Shown in pieces: positions 21,943 through 31,862 of a stretch of DNA of 64,000 nucleotides. A program made the translations under genes and the position numbers. Each line of letters begins with the position of its first letter. Position 1 is the stretch's first letter. A model generated the notes under the pieces. The model did no database searches, was not told where the DNA came from, and worked only from the letters and a program-made list of their open reading frames with translations. Source of the stretch: Anthoceros angustus (taxonomy: Eukaryota; Plantae; Anthocerotophyta); the NCBI GenBank assembly GCA_010909165.1, contig MU008168.1:1426001-1490000 (forward strand), read 5' to 3'.

Positions 21943-24370
21943 TCACGGAAACATCGGCTGCTGGAGTAGACCACAGCTCTCCGACAAGCCCACCATCAGA
22001 TTCAGGTTCTGCACTGCTTGACCAGATGCGCCCTTGACGAGATTATCAAGCTGCCATACAAAGAAGAAACGAAACCTATGAGCCTATTACGGACTGAGCT
22101 CTGAGCAGAGTAGGCATCTTCCTGCGAGCTCCTTACCACTGAAATGATGATTGCCCTTCCCTGAATACGATCTTCGAATACATTCATCACACAGTAGTTT
22201 GATCCTCGAACATTGCGGGTCTGTGGTACTGCACCTTTGGGCAGCACAATGACAAACTCTTCATCCTGGAGAATCGACACTCAGCAGTCAAGCATAGTGC
22301 CTGCAACTTATTCATCATTGCTAGACAGTACGACCATGGGAAAAAGACAGGTAGCATGCCTGCATCTTGATCAGCATTACTGGGGCCCTCAGGGAGAAGC
22401 AAACCTGGAATCGTGATGATAGCTTTTGATGGAGGTTGTCCACTGTTACCCCTGGTTTCAATTGTACATAGATGGTCGACTGCATGCCTCGGCTCTGGGT
22501 AAAAACACAAAGGATCGATGTCAGCACCAAGACAGGGCTACGTAGGATAGCATTGTGCTTGCGTTTACAGCTCCACAGATCCTATGGAAATACCATGGGC
22601 ATAAGGTGCGGTGTGAAGCTGACAGTGACTTCTGAGCCCACAGCATCACTCAGACCCTGCTCAATTTCAGGCACTGCACATCACAGATCTACAAGTATTC
22701 ATAAACAGGCAGACAAAAGGATAGAACCTGACCACAACGCAATGAGTCACACAAATCTCCCAAGCTTACTGTGACGGTGCCGACCAACGCCGTAAGAATG
22801 GATTCCTTCGGCAATTTCGGTGTACAGGTTTGCCTCCTTCGCAGAACGCCCTATAGCAGGAACACACATACGGAGTTAAGCCAGGGGGACCACATAGATC
22901 AAACAGCTTAGACCATACATGTGCACTGTCCAGTGACAAAAAACTCTGCTTCATATGGTTCACAGACCTGCACCACTCACTCCAGACTTTGCGTCAATAG
23001 TTATGTTTTCTTTTTCTATTAAGCCAGCCTACAGATCAACACCTTCAAACTCAATAAGTATCACACGATTCCAAAAAAAAGGAAACCCTCCACCAAACCG
23101 GCCAAATTGCACATGGTTGAAAGCAAATCAGAACACACCTCTAGCAATGGGACGAGAGGTAGCTGGACAGAGGTTGGGTAGCAACCAGGATTAGCTACCA
23201 GCCTTGCTCTTTTCACCTCCTCTCGGTGCAATTCAGTTAGACCATATACTGCCTCCTTCTGCAAACACATTCAGGTACGTCCAAACAGACAATGAGAACA
23301 CAGAACAGTTGCAACCTGGCCGTAAATGTGATGAGAAACAATTCGGTTGATTCCAAAATAACCTGGAGCTCAGGAGCACGATGAGCACCACCATACCATT
23401 CTTCGTACACTTTCACATCACGAAGTCGGAAATCCTGCACAGACCCACACATTGCTCCTTTTTCAGCACAAAGGAAGTTCTTCTCAGCCAGAATAAGGAC
23501 AAACTATGCACTTGCTCTCACAGGGATAAGAGGTCAAGTAGCCTACTCACCGCAGAGAGATCCACCACTTTCAGGTCACTTGGCAGACTTGATATAATTT
23601 CCTGTATACACAAGTCAAAAGCCATCAATCTTGCAAATTAGCTGCACACCAGACCCACAACTGAGAGAATAGCCTTGAAGGTAAAAGGATAGTGCACCTG
23701 GGTTGTTGCATGGGGCAGGCAACAAAAGACGGCATCAACCTTAGCAAAATCAGCATCCTTGACAGCTATCAGATCAGGCAACTCCTGCCACCGCATTGAA
23801 CGTTCAGTGTCAACAGCATCAACAGAAAACAGCATGCATGCTTAGCTAGTACATCAACGAAAACGCAGGCCTCACCTGCGCCACCAAATGTGGAAACACA
23901 GAAGCAAGGGGTTGCCCGGCTTTACGGTCCGCTGTCAGGAACGACACATGGAAGGAGGGGTGTGTTGCGAGAAGCCGGACAATCTGCAATTCAGCAATGG
24001 TTGCACGCTCAGTCAGACTCATACTCTCATTCCTCAGACCCAACCAGCAACCTCTGCTCATACCTCAGACCCGGTGTACCCACTGGCGCCCAGAACACCT
24101 ATTTGAAGCACATCGCTAAGCTTACGTTGTTGCTGATCCACGCGAGGAGCTGAAATGACAGACATGCGCACCACATGGTGCCTGTTGACCGTCACCCCAC
24201 CAGGCCCCCCAACAAGCCAGCCCTGCAAGAACCGAGGTCAGTCCGCGCACGACCCATCACCGCAATTTGCAAGCACCCAGGGCCTGCTGCGCACATTGCA
24301 AGGGCCCAAACCCAACCTCGGCTCGGTGTGCAGCAGGAGGGGAGAAGCAGGCCATGCGCGCCGCCATCAT
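21943..24370 (-). CDS. argC: N-acetyl-gamma-glutamyl-phosphate reductase, plastid-type, multi-exon
   Basis: [53 protein letters not shown] (catalytic Cys), VRGSNYC and [19 protein letters not shown]...PMFP*. The N-terminal extension resembles a transit peptide. Confidence 0.95.
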
Positions 24371-24669
24371 TCACCGCTCAGCATGTCCAAGCTATAAGTA
24401 ACTGGAACAGAGAGGCGGCAAAAGAGCTGGTTGATGCCACAACTCACAAGCTGTCAAGAATCCAATTTCCTCGACACGTCCGCAAACCGTGACGCGTGGA
24501 CGCACAAAGAGTATATACATCTGTGGAGAGCGAGCGGAGGAGGATATGCTCCTGCTGTGCTGTGCTGTGCTTGAAATTCAGAATCTAGACTAGTCGTTTG
24601 TCGGAGGAAGTCGAGTTCCACGTCCCAGTGTGAGAAATGTGACTTTGCTTCCTTCCCTTGCTCCCAACA

Positions 24670-27115
24670 ATGTACTCCCATGCGGAACTGGCGGTGGGTG
24701 CAAGAGTTCCGCAAAGCGATGATGGCAGCCCTTTGCGTCTCATCGTGGTGGAGGAGTTGGACCCCTGGACGGCCTGGCTCTACAAGCCTCGCACCCTCAC
24801 CTTGCTGCTGCTCGGCGCCTGCGCCCTTGTGTATGTTGCATGTTGCTGTGATTGGGTACTCAGACTTGGACTTCGTTTGCAGCTTGCAGTTTGCTCAGAT
24901 CTTATCAGCGTGAAGCTGAGTCTGTTTGTTGGTGCAGATGGGCCAGTGGAGCTTTGCAGGTGGAGGTACCTGAAACCGACTCCGTAGTGCATATGAGAGC
25001 GTAAGCACTTGGAACTGTTGTTTTGAAAGGATTTCTCTGGGCATGTGTATGGCGTCTGTGGTAACAGTGGACACTATTGGTGCTATGAACAGAGGTGTTT
25101 TGGCGATGATAGCAGTGTTTCTGGGCTACTGCTTGCTGCAGGCACCATCCACGTAAACCGATGCCACAATCCCTGTACCGCATTCAGTTGCAAACTTGGG
25201 ATTTTCAGAGGCATCTTGTCATGGTTAGGTTGCTGATCTTTGGCAACCGCATAGCAGGATTTTAATAAGACCACATCCTGCAGTTTGGCGACTGGTGCAT
25301 GGTATTGCTGTGGTGTACCTGGTGTTCTTGACGTTTCTTCTTTTCCAGGTATAGAGTCCCCAGAGAGTTTTTGCTGTAACCTTCGGTTTCCTAACATGAG
25401 TGCGGTGCATGGGGGATGCTTATTGGATCTCCATGGTGTTCCTTACAGAAACGGGAAGATGCTCGCCAGTTTATGAAGTTTCTGCATCCTGAGCTTGGAA
25501 TTGGTATGGGTTTTGCACCTCTATGGCAGTGCATGCTGGTGCAGGTCTTCAACTGCTCACCTTGCAGGCGTCACGTGTACTGAAGTTCTTCATGGAACCT
25601 TTTGTCTGTGTAGAGCTTCCAGAGAGATCATATGGCTCGGATTGTCGAATCTACACCCCAGAGAATCCCAAGGGCCCGTTGAACAATGTCCATGTACAAG
25701 ACTTCATCCAGTAACGCGTGTACTTTTATTCTGGTCTTCTCAGTCAACTCAGCAACATGTTCGGCCCAAAAGGCAGGCTTGTTCTCATCTGCATTGCTTT
25801 GTGTTTAGGAGACATTGTTTGATGAATTTGTGGTCGCACACATACTCGGGTGGTGGGGCAAGGCTATCATGGTCCGCAATGCCCCTCTACTGTGGATGCT
25901 GTCCATTGGATTCGAGATGATGGAGGTGGGTACTGGAATATCTTGGGGCCATCTTGTTATGTTTTCGGGGGAGCCTGTTGAGCTGGTGCTGTTTCTATGA
26001 CCCATACAGGGGTTTTTCCGTCTTCACATCACTTGTCACTCTTTTTGCAGGTCACTTTCAACCATATGCTGCCAAATTTCAATGAGTGTTGGTGGGACAG
26101 CATCATTCTTGACGTGTTGACATGCAACTTGTTTGGTAGGTTTCGGTACTATCTGGTGCCAGAGGAAAAGCAAGAAGGTTTGGCTGTTCCTGTTAGCTTC
26201 TTTGTTGCTCACAGGAATCTGGGCGGGCATGAAAACTGTGCGCTACTTTGATGGGAAGACATATGAATGGGTGGGATTAAGTCGTCAGCACACTATTCTT
26301 GGTAAGGTATGCTGCCTTTGCCAAGGTCTGAGCACAGCCCATTGGCATTCTCTTTCTCCTCTTCCTTTGACTTGCTCTTGCTCCTATCAACTCCTGACGG
26401 GCTTCTCGCTCTCATAAACTTGTGATGGTGTTGCAGGTTAGACGATCATTGGGTCAGTTTACACCAGCTTATTGGGACAAGGATGAGTGGGATCTCCTTA
26501 AAGGGCCGTTGAGGTTCCTTCAAGTGCTGCTCCTTGTTGGGGTGATCCTAGTGGTCGAGGTCAACGCTTTCTTCTTAAAATTTTGTCTGTGGGTACCACC
26601 GAGGAATCCAATCAACACCTACAGATTGATCATTTGGTGGCTGATTGCAAACCCTGCAATTCGAGAGTACAACTCATTTCTTCAGAATAGGTCTGCACTC
26701 CGCGCCCACTGCAGGACATGGCTATCACGTCCAAAACCATGTACTTTACTATTCAGGTGGTCTTTGACACGGTTCTTTGTTGTTTAATGCAGCAAGCCAA
26801 TTAAGAAAGTGGGCGCTTTTTGCTGGCTTTCACTGGCCATCTGCATCGTGGAGGTGCTGATCTGTGTGAAATTCGGGAGAGGTATGCATCGTTGTAGCAC
26901 TATTTCAGTCACTTCATGCTCTTGCTTTATCGTAGAAGATTGACAAAACATCGCCGGCTTGCTGTTGCTTGACAGGGCTTTATCCTAAACCCATGCCTTC
27001 ATGGATCTTCTGGTTCTGGATAACTGGCTTCACGGCATTCGGGCTTTTCATCAGCGGATGGAGTCTGAAAGTGTACCGGGAAGGAGTAGCCATTAAGGAA
27101 AAGAAGTTTTCCTAA
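24670..27115 (+). CDS. PSS1: Base-exchange phosphatidylserine synthase 1, multi-exon
   Basis: [78 protein letters not shown] and [12 protein letters not shown]. Confidence 0.93.
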
Positions 27116-27839
27116 GTTGAAGACTAGAAAGACATGGCAGCATCACATGAACATGCCCAGAAAACAGTTCCTGCAAGCCGGCCTTCCATCAGCTTCCATG
27201 CTGCTTTTCGGATGTAGCAGGTTCACAATGTACAGTATGTTGTTGTATCCCTTCAGAGTTCAGCAAAGGATGTGGCTCAGCTTGGCTGGAAAGCCAAGAT
27301 GCTCAACATTTTGTCGATCGAGGCTTCGCATTTTGACAGTGTAATATATTGCGTATTAATTTAAGAAACAGTACAAAGAGAAGGAGGAAATGTCCTAAAC
27401 GTCCCTACAAAACGTTCCTAAAACTTCCCTACGTGATTCGACCGGATCACTGGGCTGGCACCCCATCCTCATGGCCTGCGCGATGTCAGTCCACTACCAA
27501 AAAAAAAACAAAAAGGAGGCTTACGAAGCAGAGTGTAAATCCCTGAGTGACACACGTGCGACATGAATAAGGCCATGACCCCATGCCCTCGCCACCGTGT
27601 GGCCATGGCCGTCCTTCCATCTGCTGCTATGACATTCCGGATGTAGCAGGCGCTCACAAAGTGTGTACACTACAACTACAGTATGTCGTATACAACTCTT
27701 AAAAAGTTCAGCAAACATTTGGCTCTGCTGGCAAGCACGACATAGTGTAGTGTCGGTGCTCTGAAATTCGAAGACTGGTTGATTATGGGAGAGTTTGCAC
27801 AGACCAGGGGCTTCCACAATGCTTACGGTGTCCCTCCCC

Positions 27840-29058
27840 TCAAGTAGGGGTAGGACGGATGAACTGCTTCAGATTGGCCAATACAAGGGGCCTGTCTGGG
27901 TGATCTGGAAAAAGGTAGAAGGCGTGGAATGCACCCTTGACGAGCTCCACCTCCACAACTTTCCCCTGCTGTTTCATGTCTTCACTGTACTTGAATCCCC
28001 AGTCCACAATGACATCCTTCTCCGCCAGCACCACCAGTGATGGAGGCAGAGCTATGTCAGTCACGTCCTCGGAGAGTGGTCCGAAAACCCTACATCCAGG
28101 ATGGTCCCTCGTGGCACCCTCTGGGAGATAGGATTTCCAACCTTCATCACTTTCCGCAAGTGGAAAGAACTCAGGGTTCAGGATGGTGAGCTCGGACTTG
28201 ATCCGCTCTTCTCCTCCAAAATATGGCTGCATCCACACAAACATTCAGTTCCCTGTCAGTAAGTTAAGTTAGTTCGTCCATCTAAGTTTCAGCAACCACC
28301 ATGGTGGATAGTGCTCGCACCAGTAACAAGATGTGGCCGACTACGGACAGTGGTTTGAGCTCCTCAGCAGATTTAGCTGCCTTCACTCCCACGTGGTGCA
28401 CAATGTTTCCACCGCAACTGTCCCCGGCTAAAAAAGTGCGAGAAACATCTGCAGAGGAAGGCAGGTGCTCCTGATAGTGCGTGCTCAGCCATTGGATGGC
28501 CTTGAAGCTATCTTCCAATGCTGTCGGATACTTGTGCTGAGGAGCAAGGCGGTAGTTCACGGAAACCACGATGACCTACAAGTGTGAAGAGGCAAAGCAC
28601 CATCAGTTCACACACCTCTCGTCCAAGAAAAAGAGTGTATCACCATCCACAGCTGAGCATCATCTATTACTGCACCTCCAATTCTTTTGCTAGATCGCGG
28701 CACCATCGATCAAACAAGCCGGTATCTGGGCTCAAAAGACGGAAACCTCCTCCGTGGAAATAGAACAAGACCGGAAGCTTCTTGGATGTCCCATCGAGCA
28801 GGAAGATACGAGCCCAGATGTTCGACTGCTTTTCCACAATCACATCCTTTGTTGCAACACCATCAACCGGGATAGCATTCGCGGGAACAAGTGGTTGAGC
28901 GAGTTCTTCAGAGAAGCGCTCTACCACACTCTGGTCAGCAAGGCCAAGCATGTAAATTGTACATGTTAAGAACCTCTCGTCAGCCCAGCACATTGTCAAG
29001 TGCAATGGTCACCACATTGCATTGGGTAGATAAAGTCATAACGTATCACCTTCGCCAT
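27840..29058 (-). CDS. Carboxylesterase (CXE, HSL-family alpha/beta hydrolase), 4 exons
   Basis: FYFHGGGF, SVNYRLAPQHKYP, LAGDSCGGNIVH (Ser), LAEKD (Asp) and GAFHAF (His). The start is inferred from a 9-nt first coding exon, ATG GCG AAG|GT. Confidence 0.88.
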
Positions 29059-29449
29059 CCCCAAATTTGATGTGAGCTTCCTAGTGCGACTCAATAGCTT
29101 CTTCAGCTCGTGTCGAGGGAGCTGTTTCAGCCACCAACACTGTCAGACTACTGCAGGAGAAGCCTCTTGGGCTTGGAGGTGCGTTGAGGTGTCTCTGAGA
29201 TAATTGGAGGCGTCTGACAGACAGATAAAGGCAGACGTTGTCTCTGGATATCAATGGACATGAAGGATCCTCCTGCAGGAAAACCGGGAGTCTGACTGAC
29301 TACAATAATGGATCCTGGGTACCTCTCATCAGAGTAGTGTATTAGGTGTGTCTATTTGCACTTGTTGGCTCCTAGCTTCCTTGTGTTTCTTACGCTAACC
29401 AGTATGAAGAAGGAGAAGCTTCCTCGTGTTCTTTACGACCATGCTGTGG

Positions 29450-29780
29450 CGGCACACCATGGTATTGTAACACAAGGAATACCAAGGTGTGCCGCACCTA
29501 TGGAACTTGGTAAAGAACTTGTACCAAGGTGTGCCGGACCTCTGGGACTTGGGTAAAGAACTTGTACCATGGTGTGCCTAAGCTACTTGCTCCGAGGGCA
29601 TCCGCTCCCTCTATAGGGACCCCCTGTCATGGGTCTTGGTACTTCAACAACGTGTACCATGGTGTGCCTAAGCTACATGCTCCAAGGGCATCCAATCCCT
29701 CTACTACCCCATGGGACTTGGTACTTTAACACCTTCTACCATGGTGTGCTTAAGCTACTTGTTCCAAGGCCATCCCTTAG
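29450..29780 (-). repeat. Degenerate tandem array of the body of the SINE-like element
   Basis: GTACCATGGTGTGCCTAAGCTAC(T/A)TG and CATGGGACTTGGTACTT are repeated. They are the reverse complement of the 1.4-1.85 kb unit. Confidence 0.85.
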
Positions 29781-30111
29781 GCCAAATGGACTGTGCGGGG
29801 ATGAGAATGAAACAACAAGGGAAACGATTTCTGCAGTGTGAATCAAGCTTCCTATTTGAGAGCAGGAGGACTCTGCAGCAACATCTCAAAAGGGCCATCG
29901 GCGCCTAGGATCCTAGCAGCGCCGTAAGTTTGAAGTAGGGCTAATTTTAGCAAGGGACTTCTGCTACAAATAGTGATCACTGTAATGTGGAGGACACGCA
30001 TTCAGCAATGGACGGGGCTGTGCCCCTTGCTCACTGCGGAGCTTTTAAGCTCCTTGGCTCTACCAGTATTCTAGCTGGGTAGTTCCCCGTACATCTGTGT
30101 CGTGTGTTTGG

Positions 30112-30403
30112 TGAAGGCTGAATTGTTGACAGTCAGTTGTGCTTGGGGTTCCACTCGTGTGTGTGTGTGAAGCAGGACTTGGTGAGCGTGAGAGCTGAGC
30201 CCATCACGCTGTACATACCCCCGGACCCCTACAGTGACACGATAACAGCAAGTGTTTTGTGAAAGCTGAATTGTGGACAGTCAGTTGTGCTTAGGGTTCC
30301 ACTTATGTGTGTGTGTGTGAAGCAGGACTTGGTGAGCGTGAGAGCTGAGCCCATCACGCTGTAGACACTCCGCGGACCCCTACAGTGACACGACAACAGC
30401 AAG
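30112..30403. repeat. Tandem duplication, 2 x ~150 bp
   Basis: GCTGAATTGT.GACAGTCAGTTGTGCTT.GGGTTCCACT...GAAGCAGGACTTGGTGAGCGTGAGAGCTGAGCCCATCACGCTGTA...GGACCCCTACAGTGACACGA occurs twice. Confidence 0.9.
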
Positions 30404-30597
30404 TCACTGTGTCCTCTTAGCCGGACCAGCCTATCCAATTCTTTCCTAGCATACAGAGGAGATCATTCATCAGCCGTCTGTCAATCAGTAAGTAAGTCCA
30501 TAGAAGCATCTCTGAATGTGTGAGACAGGCTGCGAGTGAGGGTAAGGGCCCTAGTGCCCAGGTAGGCTGTCACCTCAAAGAGAGGGAGTAGTTGACA

Positions 30598-30760
30598 GGA
30601 CACATTGATAAGAACACCGTTATTAAGCATCTGCGCTTAGATGGGTACTTAGATGGGGTGTCTAAAGGGAGTGATGCCCTTGGTGCAAGTAGCTTAGGCA
30701 CACAATAGTATAGGTTATTAAGTACCAAGTCCCATGACTGGAAAATTCCGTCCAAATGGA
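30598..30760 (+). mobile_element. 5S-derived SINE-like element, monomer without a clear tail
   Basis: GGACACATTGATAAGAACACCGTTATTAAGCATCTGCGCTTAGATGGGTACTTAGATGGGGTGTCTAAAGGGAGT...AAGTACCAAGTCCCATGAC. Confidence 0.75.
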
Positions 30761-30794
30761 CTACACTATATCTCTTCCGAGAGCATCACTCCCG

Positions 30795-30868
30795 GCATCC
30801 CATTTAAGTATCGATCTAAGCGTAGGATGCTTAATACCAGCGTTCTTATAAATGTGCGTATTTGTCCT
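30795..30868 (-). mobile_element. 5S-derived SINE-like element, head-only fragment
   Basis: Reverse complement contains CACATTTATAAGAACGCTGGTATTAAGCATCCTACGCTTAGATCGATACTTAAATGGG. Confidence 0.7.
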
Positions 30869-30875
30869 CCTATGA

Positions 30876-31061
30876 GGAAGAAGAAGAAGAATTTTATTGA
30901 AGTCCACTAAGGATGGGTTTCCGTCATGGGACTTGGTACTTAACAACTGGTACCATGGTGTGCCTACGCTACTTGCACCTCCCTTTAGACACCCCATCAC
31001 CTCATCTAAGTACCGATCCAAGCTCAGGATGCTTAATCACGGCGTTCTTATAAATGTGTCC
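30876..31061 (-). mobile_element. 5S-derived SINE-like element, near-complete monomer with (TTC)n tail
   Basis: Reverse complement reads GGACACATTTATAAGAACGCCGTGATTAAGCATCCTGAGCTTGGATCGGTACTTAGATG...CCCATGACGGAAACCCATCCTTAGTGGACTTCAATAAAATTCTTCTTCTTC. Confidence 0.8.
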
Positions 31062-31140
31062 ATTTGGCCTAGGCCATTTGGGCTGGACAGGTTAGGTGCT
31101 AAACGGGGCGTATGTAAAATAAAAGTGGAAAATCATGTAC

Positions 31141-31213
31141 ATCACGGTGGCGCAGCGGAAGCGTGGTGGGCTCGTAACCCAGCAGGTCCGAGGATCGAAA
31201 TCTGGCTCTGAAA
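31141..31213 (+). pseudogene. Degenerate initiator tRNA-Met-like sequence
   Basis: ATCACGGTGGCGCAGCGGAAGCGTGGTGGGCTCGTAACCCAGCAGGTCCGAGGATCGAAATCTGGCTCTGAAA closely follows plant tRNA-iMet, including the diagnostic GATCGAAA T-loop. The anticodon reads CGT instead of CAT and the acceptor stem is mispaired. Confidence 0.85.
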
Positions 31214-31862
31214 TACCTCATTGTCATTACATTCCGATATCTTGATTTGCCTACACCTGGACTTGAATAAAATTCTTCTTCTTCTATTCACGACGGAGTT
31301 GTGCTTCCTACGTTGATATTCCACTACAGAAGTAGTTGCCTTCTTGACAGCGCTGTTGCATCGGTCATCGATAGCATCCATGGAATGTTGTGTCTGCGAG
31401 TCCTTCCATCTTGCGGATACACGCATGGTTTCCCGTGCCGCACATTCACACACGGCTCGGAAAGATGAGCCGCAACGCCAACTCAACTTGCGTGGGGACA
31501 TGGATTGACAGGAAAGCGGGAGCGCACGACCATCACCGATTGCAATGCCGCACTGCTGCCAACATGGCTGGTCACATAATCCACAGCGTTGTGCGCATTG
31601 TCCCACTTTGACCATTCACAGCCACGACGTTACAAGAAAAGTGTGACTAAATGCACCAATTCCCACAGGACTGGATCTTGTGGCACGGCATTCAAGTAAG
31701 AGAGATCCCATCCCCTTGTCTGTGCATGCGCTTCTACTACTTCAAGGTAGGGCAAGCTTCAGCCTGAGCACCAAGCAATCCGTCGTCGTCCTTGCTCTCT
31801 GAAACATACGCAAAGGCCAGGAAGGATAGATGAGGTTGCTGTCACTGCCAGCGGAGCTCACA

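Noticed and set aside
27840-29058. Gibberellin receptor GID1
   Set aside because: The catalytic His is retained (GAFHAF) and the GID1 N-terminal lid is absent, so an ordinary CXE is more likely.
30598-31061. Functional 5S rRNA genes or a Cassandra TRIM
   Set aside because: Too divergent for 5S, the 5' part is poorly matched and there is no T-run terminator. No paired direct TG...CA LTRs or PBS were seen, copies are in opposite orientations and they carry a simple-repeat tail. Cassandra is disfavoured but not formally excluded.
31141-31213. Functional tRNA-Thr(CGU) by anticodon switch
   Set aside because: The body is iMet-like, with a mispaired acceptor stem, an extra base in the variable region and no T-rich terminator.
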